This document shows, piece by piece, positions 9,476 to 19,034 of a stretch of 64,000 bases of DNA; position 1 is the first letter of the stretch; each line of letters opens with the position of its first letter. The translations under genes were made by a program, and so were the position numbers. Below the pieces are notes generated by a model that did no database searches, was not told the origin of the DNA, and worked only from the letters and a program-made list of their open reading frames with translations. Source of the stretch: a virus; IMG/VR virus record IMGVR_UViG_3300044730_002015, positions 105,525-169,524 of that record. One strand, given 5' to 3'.

Positions 9476-9817
9476 TCATCGGATCAGCACCTTTTCGTCC
9501 CGGGCCACTCGATGACCATAAATCTTATGACCAATTTCACGCACACGGTCGGCCATGGCCTGCGGCGCACGTTCGAAAGCATCCACTATGTCTTGTACCG
9601 AAACATCATCTGTGGTTTCAATCACATAGATCTCATAGTGCCTGTGACTATTGACCTGTGCGCGGAGTTGCCACACGGTGAGATTCAAAGGCAAGGGTAC
9701 TTTGTTGGGATTTTCACCTTTCAATATGGCCAACACACGCTGTTGGTCAAAGTCGTCGATACGAACCGCAGACTCAAGGCCATAACAGTCCCACATCACG
9801 GCTACTTGCTTGCTCAT
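9476..9817 (-). CDS. Phage hypothetical protein
   Basis: MWDCYGLE...LRAQVNSHRHYEIY; coupled ORF. Confidence 0.7.
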   Translation of the reverse strand: MSKQVAVMWDCYGLESAVRIDDFDQQRVLAILKGENPNKVPLPLNLTVWQLRAQVNSHRHYEIYVIETTDDVSVQDIVDAFERAPQAMADRVREIGHKIYGHRVARDEKVLIR

Positions 9818-10458
9818 GACAGGACCTTTACACGGTTCAGTTGAGTCTGATAGTCATCGCGATGTGCTTTCACAGTGCCACGGATGCTATAGCGTCCTGG
9901 CTTGAGTTGTTCTTTGTAGGCAAAAAACGCCACACAACCATCATCGGTCTTGGCCGTGGTAAAGAACACACCATAGTTCACGCTGAAGTTGCTTCGCACC
10001 ACTTCAATGTTGACAGTGACTTTGGCACCCACTGCGCCCAGATACGACTGGGCACGATCAGCGATCTTTTCTTCCTGTTGACGGTGCTGTTCCACACGAG
10101 CCACAGTCTGTGGCACTGACGCCAGCAGAGCCAGGTGATAGCGATCCGCATCTGTGATGGTGTCACGATTGGCCACTTCTAGAATCACGCTGTCATACTG
10201 ATTGATGTCGTTGGCCAATTTTTTCATGATCAGGCCACGGCAGTGAGCCAGCAGTTCTTTACCGCGAGCAAGATCGGCTTCGGTGGCCTTGTCACCGTCA
10301 ATGATATACTGCAACAGCCGGACCTTGTTGCTTATGGTTCCCGGGGTCACATCACCATCTTTGAAGTAACCGCCCAGTTCACGATGCACACGAGCCGACA
10401 GGGCAAAGGCCTGCTCAATGGTGATTTCTACCTTGGGCTGTGCTGTGCGTGGTTTCAT
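9814..10458 (-). CDS. Hypothetical protein with C-terminal OB-like domain
   Basis: AAGGAG SD before MKPRT; ...IRGTVKAH...QTQLNRVK. Confidence 0.7.
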   Translation of the reverse strand: MKPRTAQPKVEITIEQAFALSARVHRELGGYFKDGDVTPGTISNKVRLLQYIIDGDKATEADLARGKELLAHCRGLIMKKLANDINQYDSVILEVANRDTITDADRYHLALLASVPQTVARVEQHRQQEEKIADRAQSYLGAVGAKVTVNIEVVRSNFSVNYGVFFTTAKTDDGCVAFFAYKEQLKPGRYSIRGTVKAHRDDYQTQLNRVKVLS

Positions 10459-10488
10459 GGTTGGCTCCTTGTTGTTCACTATACCCAT

Positions 10489-10517
10489 ATTATAGCAGAT
10501 TACCATTTTCTGGTCAA
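10489..10517 (-). promoter_or_regulatory. Early sigma70-type promoter
   Basis: TTGACC-N17-TATAAT. Confidence 0.85.
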
Positions 10518-10521
10518 CCGC

Positions 10522-10620
10522 CTAGTACCCCAGGGCTATCAGCCATAAAGCTGCGATAACACCAACGTACCAGTAAGCTGTAAAGCTCAATGCTATGATA
10601 ATCAGCCAACTGTAGATCAT
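10522..10620 (-). CDS. Small hydrophobic peptide (32 aa)
   Basis: MIYSWLIIIALSFTAYWYVGVIAALWLIALGY; ATGA coupling. Confidence 0.5.
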   Translation of the reverse strand: MIYSWLIIIALSFTAYWYVGVIAALWLIALGY

Positions 10621-10796
10621 TGCAGTGCCTCCGGTGCTGGTTGCACACCATATTTGATCTGCGCCGCCAGTTCCACCACTCGATGAAACTCTGTGAGTTC
10701 ATCTTCGGATGCCAGCACTTCGGGAGCATTTTGCATGACCACACTCCAGATCCGTTGCATATCTTCCAAGGTAAGCCAAGTCTCGATGCCGTCCAT
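10617..10796 (-). CDS. Hypothetical protein (59 aa)
   Basis: MDGIETWLTLEDMQRIW...; TAATG coupling. Confidence 0.55.
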   Translation of the reverse strand: MDGIETWLTLEDMQRIWSVVMQNAPEVLASEDELTEFHRVVELAAQIKYGVQPAPEALQ

Positions 10797-10930
10797 TATT
10801 GTTTCACCGAGTCTTTGACCACTGCCTTGGCTGAATCTACACCGCGGTCGGCCAGTGCCGCCATATCTGAAAATGTCACGCCTGCCCCACCAATGATGAT
10901 GCCAGCCACGAATGCGATAAAGACTTTCAT
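10796..10930 (-). CDS. Small membrane protein (44 aa)
   Basis: MKVFIAFVAGIIIGGAG...; GGAGG SD. Confidence 0.55.
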   Translation of the reverse strand: MKVFIAFVAGIIIGGAGVTFSDMAALADRGVDSAKAVVKDSVKQ

Positions 10931-10949
10931 AATGCCTCCAGAGTTAAAG

Positions 10950-11252
10950 TTAAACCTGTAAACCTTGTTTGAGATGCAGTTCTACCGCTGTTTCAGATCC
11001 CCAGCATACACTGGGCAACCTGTTGAAAACGAACTGACAGATGGGCTTGAGTAGAGCCAAGTTGTCATCATCGGCATAGATCACAGCCATCTGCAGATCG
11101 TTGCTGAGTACCGCGGTCAGAAACGAACCCGGACTGCGGCTTTCAAACACATAGCGTTCCAATGCTGTAACAGTCTTGGCAGGAATGTCATAGCCACGAC
11201 TGTCCAGTCTATCGGCAGCCACTTCGGGAAACATCGCCAGCACCTGTCCCAT
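10950..11252 (-). CDS. Phage hypothetical protein
   Basis: PGSFLTAVLSNDL...AD..N motif common in phage hypotheticals. Confidence 0.7.
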   Translation of the reverse strand: MGQVLAMFPEVAADRLDSRGYDIPAKTVTALERYVFESRSPGSFLTAVLSNDLQMAVIYADDDNLALLKPICQFVFNRLPSVCWGSETAVELHLKQGLQV

Positions 11253-11527
11253 TATACCCGCTCCAGGAGATTGGCTGGCACATTGTACATACCACGAGCA
11301 GTGTTGACCAAGATGTTCTTGATCTTGACACGGGTTACCGGACCCTGCAGATCCTGGCCCAGTTTGGGATGATAGAACTTCACAGTATCACCCACGCGGA
11401 TTGACACTTTCAAATCTCGGCCAATCTGGCGCCGGCGAAACTTGATGGCCTGGCCAATGGCATTGAGTTGATCATTGGTAAAGTTACCCTGCATGATCTC
11501 AATATTGATTTCGTTAATGGTAGGCAC
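11252..11527 (-). CDS. Phage hypothetical protein (SH3/KOW-like C-terminus)
   Basis: AGGAG SD; IRVGDTVKF...YNVPANLL. Confidence 0.7.
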   Translation of the reverse strand: MPTINEINIEIMQGNFTNDQLNAIGQAIKFRRRQIGRDLKVSIRVGDTVKFYHPKLGQDLQGPVTRVKIKNILVNTARGMYNVPANLLERV

Positions 11528-11557
11528 TGCTATCTCCTGATTGGTTACGATATGCTT

Positions 11558-11586
11558 AGTATAGCAAATCGGAAATTTTTGGTCAA
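11558..11586 (-). promoter_or_regulatory. Early sigma70-type promoter
   Basis: TTGACC-N17-TATACT. Confidence 0.8.
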
Positions 11587-11783
11587 CCTGCCAAGACTTT
11601 GAGTATGGTGGCCTGCAGATCGGCTACTTCCTCAGCGGGCACATAAAAGTCTGTCAAGGGATCATAGTACTCACCGGCACGGGCATCATAGTACAGCACA
11701 CGACCGTTGGGATAGTGGAAAGGACCTTCTAGACCCTGACGCGGACCAAACTCTTTGGAGTGCTTGAAAACGGTATATGCCAC
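11583..11783 (-). CDS. Phage hypothetical protein
   Basis: GLEGPFHYPNGRVLYYD...GEYYDP; AGGAG SD. Confidence 0.7.
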   Translation of the reverse strand: MAYTVFKHSKEFGPRQGLEGPFHYPNGRVLYYDARAGEYYDPLTDFYVPAEEVADLQATILKVLAG

Positions 11784-11812
11784 TGTGGCTCCTGTTTGTT
11801 TACTATACCCAT

Positions 11813-11841
11813 ATTATAGCAAAACGGGAATTTTTGGTCAA
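11813..11841 (-). promoter_or_regulatory. Early sigma70-type promoter
   Basis: TTGACC-N17-TATAAT. Confidence 0.85.
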
Positions 11842-11855
11842 CCGCTCTAAAACCG

Positions 11856-11879
11856 CTAGGTTAGTGGGCACTAACCTAG
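11856..11879. repeat. Palindromic operator-like site, copy 1
   Basis: CTAGGTTAGTG-GG-CACTAACCTAG, perfect 11-bp inverted repeat. Confidence 0.7.
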
Positions 11880-12602
11880 GGTTTGACCAAAATGCTGATA
11901 AGCCCGGGGGTTGAGTTCAAAGCCAATGAATCTGCGATCCATGGCTAGCACAGCGCGGCCTGTGGAGAACGATCCGCCAAAGGGATCCAAAACCAAGTCG
12001 CCGGCATTGGTGCTGTAGTCTATGAATTTTCGGATAAATGATTCGGCCAGTTGATTGTTGTTGCGTATCTCACCGTGCTTGTATTCTCTGGGCAGGCTCT
12101 GAACACTCAGCCGGTCATTGTAGGATTCGGTGGTATCGTCAAATCTGCAGTGGGTGTTGAAGGTTCGTGGTTGTTTTCTAGTTTGGGGTTTGGCCCAGAA
12201 CAGCACATGGTAGTGACTGCTGACCCATTTCCGTTTGGTGTATACACCAAAGGTATACTGGGCAATGATGTGATTGATTTCTTCTAAGTCAGTTTCATGC
12301 AAAGCATTCAAGATATGATGCAGATTTGAGTAGCCACTCACGATGTAGATTGAGCCGCCGGGACGCAACACACGCTCACATTCCCGAATCCAGGTACTGC
12401 ACCAAGTGCCATACTGATCTCTAGGTACGTCTACATAGCCACCAATAACCTTGGATTCATCGCGATTGTAGTGCGTGTCCAATTGATCTCCTGCAATGCC
12501 ATAGGGTGGATCAGTGAAAATCATGTCTACGGAATTGTCCAAGACGTGCTGTTGCATACCCTCCACACAGTCTTGATTGTAGATCTGGTAGGAGTCGGTC
12601 AT
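11871..12602 (-). CDS. DNA N4-cytosine/N6-adenine methyltransferase (beta class)
   Basis: TDPPY near the N-terminus; DPFGGS motif I near the C-terminus. Confidence 0.88.
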   Translation of the reverse strand: MTDSYQIYNQDCVEGMQQHVLDNSVDMIFTDPPYGIAGDQLDTHYNRDESKVIGGYVDVPRDQYGTWCSTWIRECERVLRPGGSIYIVSGYSNLHHILNALHETDLEEINHIIAQYTFGVYTKRKWVSSHYHVLFWAKPQTRKQPRTFNTHCRFDDTTESYNDRLSVQSLPREYKHGEIRNNNQLAESFIRKFIDYSTNAGDLVLDPFGGSFSTGRAVLAMDRRFIGFELNPRAYQHFGQTLG

Positions 12603-12841
12603 CGCCACCTCATGGTAAACATGAAGTAATCTTCCTCGCCATCAAAATAAAAAAGGTATTCACCGGGATCGTGATCGTTAGGCAAGGATATCATTTGCCA
12701 GCGCCAATCTTGTGTGAGGTTTTGTCTGCACCACTGTATCACAGGGTCCAGTTCACCAAAAGGTTTGGAAGTGTGTTGGGCATAGTTAAAACTATCAGCC
12801 GAACGCTCATCAATACGATTGAAGTCTAGTTCAAGTTGCAT
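12599..12841 (-). CDS. Hypothetical protein, F-x-L/M-R-W paralog family
   Basis: WC..N....W...FYF.....MFTMRW. Confidence 0.7.
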   Translation of the reverse strand: MQLELDFNRIDERSADSFNYAQHTSKPFGELDPVIQWCRQNLTQDWRWQMISLPNDHDPGEYLFYFDGEEDYFMFTMRWR

Positions 12842-12879
12842 GGGTCAGATACTTAGTATCTGCGGCACTCCGGCCCGTA

Positions 12880-13209
12880 TTATTCTGATGCTGGAGTCAG
12901 CCTAGGAATGATGTCAGCCATTTCCCGATCTATGGCACAAACCTTGCCAGGAAAACGACTTTTGAAATGTGTGCGTATTTCTTCCCAGGTACGTCCTTGT
13001 GCTAGAAACTCTTGGGTTTTTTCGCTGTAGACGAAAAACATATCATCCACTTGCTCTACCTGTGCTATGACCATGATGTCCGCCAACTGTAACAGTGCAA
13101 TCAATTTACGATTGCGCCATACCAAATAGCGTTCCAGTATCAGTAGCAAGATGCGATACGCCACGGCACCAACCACAAAACCCAGAATCAAGTACAAGAT
13201 AGTGTCCAT
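12880..13209 (-). CDS. Hypothetical membrane protein
   Basis: N-terminal TM; FLAQGRT...RFP. Confidence 0.7.
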   Translation of the reverse strand: MDTILYLILGFVVGAVAYRILLLILERYLVWRNRKLIALLQLADIMVIAQVEQVDDMFFVYSEKTQEFLAQGRTWEEIRTHFKSRFPGKVCAIDREMADIIPRLTPASE

Positions 13210-13217
13210 AGCGATAT

Positions 13218-13538
13218 TTACTTTTGTAAGTTTTCCATAAAAATGATCTTGCCGATGGCAGTGCCTAGATCCTGATCATCGTGTACGATGTGCAGTCTGG
13301 GTCTGGATTCTTCATTGGAGGTGCTAAGACCATGTATGGAGTTTGGGTCAACTTGTTTTTTGGTCTCCACGATCCAACCACCATTGGCTCGATAAAGATT
13401 AAAACTCAGTGGCCTAGAATTCAACATTCTATCTTGCACGAAATCCTCGATTCGCAGAGGTTTGAGTTCAAGGGTGCATTGTTTGTGTTGTTCTGTTTGC
13501 AGCCAGTTATACAGCCTGCGTCTTAGATAATTCAACAT
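13218..13538 (-). CDS. Phage hypothetical protein
   Basis: LYRANGGWIVE...LHIVHDDQDLG. Confidence 0.65.
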   Translation of the reverse strand: MLNYLRRRLYNWLQTEQHKQCTLELKPLRIEDFVQDRMLNSRPLSFNLYRANGGWIVETKKQVDPNSIHGLSTSNEESRPRLHIVHDDQDLGTAIGKIIFMENLQK

Positions 13539-13995
13539 GGTTGACTTTCTGTTTGGGTGCTTGATATTGAAAGTGTGGTACCCATTGGTTTCCATTGCGT
13601 AAGAATCCCCATTCCCGTTGATGTGGTCCGGGTATGAACAAGGTCCAAGGTGTCACGCCAGGTTTCAACTCTATGCGATGATAAGAGCCAGCACCGCAAA
13701 TACGGAAATGACCCGGTCCACGCCATACCGGGTGCTCACAGTAGACATGGCCAAGGGTATCCAGTGTTGGTATCCATTCCCAGTATCCACCTTTAAGGAT
13801 CAAGGTAAAGTAAGGCCAAGGATGATCGTGCGGATCCCAGGGATCACCTTTCAGGAACTTGTGTACAAAGATGTTGAACGGAAATCTGCCACGATCTTTC
13901 AAAAACAGATAGTATCGTTCAAGATACGGCTCTTGATTTTCTCGATCCAGGATAACACGATGGCGTCCAAAATACTGGAAGATTTTTTTAAGCAT
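13507..13995 (-). CDS. Cupin-fold protein (cysteine dioxygenase-like)
   Basis: HDHPW...LILKGGYWE...HRIEL cupin motifs. Confidence 0.75.
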   Translation of the reverse strand: MLKKIFQYFGRHRVILDRENQEPYLERYYLFLKDRGRFPFNIFVHKFLKGDPWDPHDHPWPYFTLILKGGYWEWIPTLDTLGHVYCEHPVWRGPGHFRICGAGSYHRIELKPGVTPWTLFIPGPHQREWGFLRNGNQWVPHFQYQAPKQKVNHVELSKTQAV

Positions 13996-14001
13996 AAAAT
14001 G

Positions 14002-14030
14002 ATTTTAGCACACTACGAAAATAAGATCAA
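14002..14030 (-). promoter_or_regulatory. Sigma70-type promoter, leaderless geometry
   Basis: TTGATC-N17-TAAAAT, 6 nt before ATG 13995. Confidence 0.6.
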
Positions 14031-14044
14031 GACCAATTGGTAAA

Positions 14045-16003
14045 TCAGTGTGCGGAATTTACAACTTCAATCTGGGTACCATCTTCTTTGATTGTGTGAC
14101 AAGTCCTGATAAATTTTACATCAACGGTGGTCCAATCAATTGGTTTGGCCAAAGTGTGAAATCTGCGTATTTGAAATTCGGGCAGTACTGAGTGCTGGCG
14201 TGATTCTTCCCAAGCGTCCCAAGCATATTTTACCGAAAACTTTACTGCCTGCGTTTCTCTAAATGTAGACATTTCTAAATAATCAACTAGATCCGCAAAT
14301 GCATCAATGGGCATAAAATCTGCGAACATTTGCCTGATCTTTTGGAAAATTTCAGATCTGTGTCTTGACCAAAGTTTCAACAACACATTGAATATAGGTT
14401 CTTCTACGCCATCCAATTCAACCTTGCGCCAATCTTTGTCTGCATACTGGCCCGAAGCCATAAGATCGAGATATCGATCAAACGGTTGATAGAATCCTGG
14501 CACAGCAACAGCTACTTCATATAATCTCCTGAGAGTTTGCCCAGCAGAGAAGTTTTGGTGCAACCGAAGATATTCAATCATTGGAGTCAATAAATGTTGA
14601 TTACTGATGATCATATCAAAATCGGTCATAAACATCATCTGTTTCCAATCATCGACTGTATAGCTCGAACTGCTGACCGGAATAAAAACCACTTGATCTG
14701 ACACTGTGGTGTTGTCGTAAATCGCGATGTAATCTTGATCCAATAGCTGTACCTGCTCGCCGCCTTCACCTTCCATGCCCAAAGGTACCAATTGCAGTTG
14801 ATGTTGCTTGATATAGTCGGGATTGGCTGCTGGTGTATCTGGCATGACGAAAAACGGTGCGCGAGTCACCCCACTGTATTTGTTAAACACACGATGCACT
14901 ATGTTGCATTCTTCATAAAAGTCGTCCAATGTGCTGCCGGGCAGGCCCAGTATCAATTCTACATTGACTCCAATGTCATAATCATCTATATAGGATCTGG
15001 CCATTGCTATGTTATCTTCCAAACTGATATCAGTGCGATCTATGTTTTTAAGAGCAATTGGGCTGACTGTCTGTATGCTCATTTGATAGTTTCTAACCAG
15101 TCCGGATTCTATCAGCGGTGTTAACACAGCACGTCTTTTGTCAATCTGTACTTTAGCCAGGCCTCCTATGTACACATCATTCAGTTGATCTTTCAAGGCA
15201 GCAAACATTTCAGCGATCTTGGCGTCTCTAGGAAGTATACCAAAATTGGCATCTGTGATGTACACACTTTTGACTCCTATCACAGGAAAGTAACTGAGAT
15301 CGTCAGCAATATTTTCCATGCTGTTTGGTACTACCTTGGTATTGATACCACCGCCCCATTCGCAATAAACACAACCATATGGACATCCTCTGTTGGTTTC
15401 ATACAGCACTGTTACCGGTCTTCCGCTTTGTTGGCTGTATTCAGCGTATTTCATTGATTCATCTAAGTTGGTAGAATACACACCACTGGGGAAAACAAAA
15501 TCTCTTTTGTTGGGTTGTGGACCGCGGCCGCCCGGATGATAACTATTCCGGACATTAGACCAATCAAGATTGTTGTCAATGATAGAATCTAAGGTATCGG
15601 TTAAAAACCATTCCCCGTATTCGGTAGGTGTACAGGTGGCGTCAAACCAAGGATATTTTTTAAACCATAGCAGTGGAGATGTATGCGTGGTATTTTGATG
15701 TGGACCGCCCAAGACCAATAAAGCATTGGGCTGTAGTTTTTTCACTTTCTGAGAGACAATTTTGATTACATTCCAACTCCACATATAGCTGGAAAAGGCA
15801 TAGACATCGGCTTGATGCTGTACTGTGTCCTCTACTATATCCTCTATGCTCCAACCAGTGTAGTCTATCTTTGGAGCAATCCATTGCCATTGGTCAGGGT
15901 GCCGGCCATTGAGTTCATAGTATCTTTTGAAACTAAAATAACTGCCAGGTAAGAAAAGATCGTAGCGAGTGGTGTCAAATTTGAAAAAGTGAATCTTTTT
16001 CAT
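14045..16003 (-). CDS. Radical SAM enzyme with B12-binding-like N-terminal domain
   Basis: SSYMW, GGP, ETNRGCPYGCVYCEWG, DANFG, ILGLP. Confidence 0.88.
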   Translation of the reverse strand: MKKIHFFKFDTTRYDLFLPGSYFSFKRYYELNGRHPDQWQWIAPKIDYTGWSIEDIVEDTVQHQADVYAFSSYMWSWNVIKIVSQKVKKLQPNALLVLGGPHQNTTHTSPLLWFKKYPWFDATCTPTEYGEWFLTDTLDSIIDNNLDWSNVRNSYHPGGRGPQPNKRDFVFPSGVYSTNLDESMKYAEYSQQSGRPVTVLYETNRGCPYGCVYCEWGGGINTKVVPNSMENIADDLSYFPVIGVKSVYITDANFGILPRDAKIAEMFAALKDQLNDVYIGGLAKVQIDKRRAVLTPLIESGLVRNYQMSIQTVSPIALKNIDRTDISLEDNIAMARSYIDDYDIGVNVELILGLPGSTLDDFYEECNIVHRVFNKYSGVTRAPFFVMPDTPAANPDYIKQHQLQLVPLGMEGEGGEQVQLLDQDYIAIYDNTTVSDQVVFIPVSSSSYTVDDWKQMMFMTDFDMIISNQHLLTPMIEYLRLHQNFSAGQTLRRLYEVAVAVPGFYQPFDRYLDLMASGQYADKDWRKVELDGVEEPIFNVLLKLWSRHRSEIFQKIRQMFADFMPIDAFADLVDYLEMSTFRETQAVKFSVKYAWDAWEESRQHSVLPEFQIRRFHTLAKPIDWTTVDVKFIRTCHTIKEDGTQIEVVNSAH

Positions 16004-16041
16004 ATTTGTACTTAGCATGGGTCAGCGGGCGGTCAAAAGGA

Positions 16042-16063
16042 AACAGGTGCCGAAGCACCTGTT
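16042..16063 (-). terminator. Terminator with C(UUCG)G loop
   Basis: AACAGGTGC-TTCG-GCACCTGTT followed by a U-rich tail. Confidence 0.75.
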
Positions 16064-16092
16064 GTGACTTACCAGTCGACTGGTTCCTGCTA

Positions 16093-16365
16093 TTACAGGG
16101 TCAGGCCCATGGCTTTGGCTTTGTAACCAAGTGCCACGATTTCGCGGCTGGGTTTGCCCATTTCATACTCGGTAACATTTACACCGTTGCCTGCGCGACG
16201 CTGGTTTGCATAGACTGCATAGCCATTGTGGCGGATGCGGCTAACTTCGGCACCAATGTTCTTGATACCAAAACGCTTTTCAGCCTGGCTTGCGGTCACT
16301 TTCTGACCATTGTAAAGAGCGTTGAACAGTTTAAAAGTTTTTGTTTCAGGGTTGAAGTATTTCAT
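16093..16365 (-). CDS. Winged helix-turn-helix-like DNA-binding protein
   Basis: VTASQAEKRFGIKNIGAEVSRIRHNGYAVY; basic. Confidence 0.65.
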   Translation of the reverse strand: MKYFNPETKTFKLFNALYNGQKVTASQAEKRFGIKNIGAEVSRIRHNGYAVYANQRRAGNGVNVTEYEMGKPSREIVALGYKAKAMGLTL

Positions 16366-16474
16366 AAAGTCCTCTTAAGTTAGTTCGCTGTTGTTGGCAG
16401 CGTGTAGTTAGTATAGCAGTTTTAGAGTTGTATGCAACAGTTTTTGGCAAGATATTTTGGGTGACATTTACCAT

Positions 16475-17350
16475 TTACTGCTTGCTCAGTAATGCGGCAC
16501 CAACGCTGCCTGCACTGTCGCCCAATTCGGCCCGCACGATCACAGTATCAAATGAGTCGGAAAAAAGGTGTTCACGGATCATGGTGTCACCGGTGGTCAT
16601 GATATCAGGCAGGTTGCTGAGTCCTCCGCCCAACACTATACAATCGGGATCCAGAACCTGTATCAAATTGGCCATGGCCAGTCCATAGTCTCGGTACCAT
16701 TGGTACAGTCTCATAGGATTTTGTGCCAGGATCACATCGGCAGGTGGTGCTATCTCGTTGGGTCGAGATAGATATGACTCTTGAATGGCGCCGCCACCTA
16801 GATTGCTTTCCACACAACCTCGGCGACCACAACGGCAGTTGTGCTGGTCATTCAGCGTGGTATGCCCCCACTCGCCCAATATGCCATTGCGGCCACGAGT
16901 GATTCGGCCATATTCCACCAATGCGCCGCCAACTCCAGTGCCCAGTATCACACCAAACACGCGATCGTAGCCACGGCCTGCACCCAGTCTAGCTTCGGCC
17001 AAGGCAAAACACTGAGCATCATTGGCCACTGTGACAGGTTGATGCAACCAACAGGCCAGATCGCGCTCAATGTCATGACCATTCATGTGTTCAATACTGG
17101 AATTCCTCAGCAGGCCTGTTTTGGAGTTTAGGCTGCCAGGAGTGCCGAGGCCCACTGTGTGTTGGCCTATGCCGGTGGTGGTTATGGCTGTAAGATACTG
17201 TTGCCTGATATTGGTGAGAACTTGTTGCCGGCCCAGATTTGCTTGTGTAGGGCCACGCTCCCGGTATAGAATACTATTATTACGATCAATAATCGCGCAC
17301 TCAATTTTGGTACCTCCTAGATCAATACCTACTTTGTATTCTGGTGCCAT
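16475..17350 (-). CDS. ROK family sugar kinase
   Basis: GIDLGGTK, NDA, GTGVG, GEWGH, CRCGRRGCVE. Confidence 0.92.
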   Translation of the reverse strand: MAPEYKVGIDLGGTKIECAIIDRNNSILYRERGPTQANLGRQQVLTNIRQQYLTAITTTGIGQHTVGLGTPGSLNSKTGLLRNSSIEHMNGHDIERDLACWLHQPVTVANDAQCFALAEARLGAGRGYDRVFGVILGTGVGGALVEYGRITRGRNGILGEWGHTTLNDQHNCRCGRRGCVESNLGGGAIQESYLSRPNEIAPPADVILAQNPMRLYQWYRDYGLAMANLIQVLDPDCIVLGGGLSNLPDIMTTGDTMIREHLFSDSFDTVIVRAELGDSAGSVGAALLSKQ

Positions 17351-17868
17351 TATGACTCCAGTCCTAAACTATGATAACCACGGAACATGATACTGACACA
17401 AATCCTGCGGTTGATTGCTGCTTTTCTTGGTTCTATGCAGTGTTCATATCTTTCATGATCATGGCGCACCAAAAAGCAATCACCGGTGGATAGATCCATG
17501 AATCTGGTGCTGTCGGGGGTCAACAAATCTCTATAGCCCACCCGCATTCCGGTGGATTCATTGATCTTGGGATCACAGATATAGTACATGATGATGCCAT
17601 CAATGTTTGGGTCTAGATCAGTGTGCCAGTCCATGAATTTGCCAGAAATCTTGTCTCTTTCTATAACTCTTTGATAATCATAAATGGTAAGATTATAAAA
17701 GTCTAGTCCCAGGTTATCTAATAATATTTTGCAGTACGAATTACCTAAATCTTCGGGCACATCTGGTACTGTCGACATGATGTCTTTATGATCAGAATCT
17801 ATGATCAAACGATGCACGCCCGAGGTAACAGGAATTACATCAATCATTGAGTCGTTCCTGGAGATCAT
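17350..17868 (-). CDS. 2OG-Fe(II) oxygenase-like protein
   Basis: WHTD...EHCIEP...RICVS pattern. Confidence 0.6.
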   Translation of the reverse strand: MISRNDSMIDVIPVTSGVHRLIIDSDHKDIMSTVPDVPEDLGNSYCKILLDNLGLDFYNLTIYDYQRVIERDKISGKFMDWHTDLDPNIDGIIMYYICDPKINESTGMRVGYRDLLTPDSTRFMDLSTGDCFLVRHDHERYEHCIEPRKAAINRRICVSIMFRGYHSLGLES

Positions 17869-18088
17869 TGGCAGTAAAATAACCGCAGGGCCAGTCTATG
17901 TTTGTGGATTCCTGATTTAAACTATCTCTGATACGGTTGAAATGTATACTGAACAATTCTTCGTTGATGACATTGTTGGTCATGATCCCGGGAGTTTCCA
18001 ATATGGATCTTATCTGCGGCACAGTCAGTAGGTTGCCCGATATGCATTGAGCTATGTCATCGTCTGACAGATCTTGATAAGTTCTCAT
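17840..18088 (-). CDS. Small acidic hypothetical protein
   Basis: Coupled ORF. Confidence 0.6.
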   Translation of the reverse strand: MRTYQDLSDDDIAQCISGNLLTVPQIRSILETPGIMTNNVINEELFSIHFNRIRDSLNQESTNIDWPCGYFTANDLQERLND

Positions 18089-18345
18089 CGATCCTCAAAA
18101 AGTTTCCCAAATTTCTGTTGGAATTCATACAGCGTGGTCATGAGCCTGCGGGGAATGTTGCCGCCTTCATTGATCTCAAATATCACCCAAGGGCATTCTT
18201 CTCGTTGTTTGATCTGATGGATCTTGATGCTTTTGCCATCTTCAAAGTCTACTGTTTTGCCTACATATTGATACAAGGTTATCTCCGTGGAACTCCGCCC
18301 GGGGGTTTGGGCAACTGGGGCAAAGATTTCCAATAATCCAGCCAC
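18085..18345 (-). CDS. Phage hypothetical protein
   Basis: YVGKTVDFEDG...IPRRLM; start uncertain. Confidence 0.6.
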   Translation of the reverse strand: MAGLLEIFAPVAQTPGRSSTEITLYQYVGKTVDFEDGKSIKIHQIKQREECPWVIFEINEGGNIPRRLMTTLYEFQQKFGKLFEDR

Positions 18346-18629
18346 TTCTGCTGTTCTTCTATGTGCCTTTGTTGTGCTTCGTTCATCCTGCGCATTTCGT
18401 TGAGATGTTCTTTTTGTTCGTGCTGTCCCTGTGCTATCTTGTCTATCTTTTGGTCCATGTAATTGAGTCGTTGTTCCTGCAGGCCCAAACGTTCTTTGAA
18501 ATAATCAATGTCATGACCTCTGCTGGCTGCTATGGCATACAGAACCAAAACGGTGACACACAGCACCATGACCAAAGACCACAGCACCTGAGTTTTTTCA
18601 ACCGGAGTTAGATCATTCCAAAGTTGCAT
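18279..18629 (-). CDS. Membrane-anchored coiled-coil protein
   Basis: N-terminal TM plus heptad-rich region. Confidence 0.65.
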   Translation of the reverse strand: MQLWNDLTPVEKTQVLWSLVMVLCVTVLVLYAIAASRGHDIDYFKERLGLQEQRLNYMDQKIDKIAQGQHEQKEHLNEMRRMNEAQQRHIEEQQKWLDYWKSLPQLPKPPGGVPRR

Positions 18630-18791
18630 CTACGCACGGGGCCTCGCTTCACACCAGACTAGGTATCGACTGCCCGATTGCCTAGCAGCGGCCGTGTACT
18701 GCCGCACCTTATCTTCACACATAGACCGTGTGGCAAAACTATCCACGTCTATGCTCCAGCCATTCAAAAACATCACAAACACCCAGACCAT
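18630..18791 (-). CDS. Small hypothetical protein
   Basis: MVWVFVMFL...C...C; TGATG coupling. Confidence 0.55.
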   Translation of the reverse strand: MVWVFVMFLNGWSIDVDSFATRSMCEDKVRQYTAAARQSGSRYLVWCEARPRA

Positions 18792-19012
18792 CAAGCGCCC
18801 ATGTCGCCGTCTCTGCGACTTTCGTCTATCACACGCTGGCTCCACATTTCTTCGTTTTCCAGCACAGGAATATCATAGGATCCCACAGCAGGTAGATCGC
18901 TGTAGTGATCCCACTGTGTGGTATCTTTCCTGCCAAAAATCCTGTCCCAGTTCTGATCAAATGTCATTTGATCCACTGAACTGGGGCGAGGTTTAGAGCC
19001 CTTGCCCGCCAT
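18791..19012 (-). CDS. Small phage protein
   Basis: GKGSKPRP...NWDRIF motif; AGGAG SD. Confidence 0.7.
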   Translation of the reverse strand: MAGKGSKPRPSSVDQMTFDQNWDRIFGRKDTTQWDHYSDLPAVGSYDIPVLENEEMWSQRVIDESRRDGDMGA

Positions 19013-19034
19013 ACCTTATCTCCTGTGTTCGTAC

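Noticed and set aside
17840-18088. Acyl carrier protein (DSL motif)
   Set aside because: The DSL lacks the preceding LG context and position of ACP helix II; left as hypothetical.
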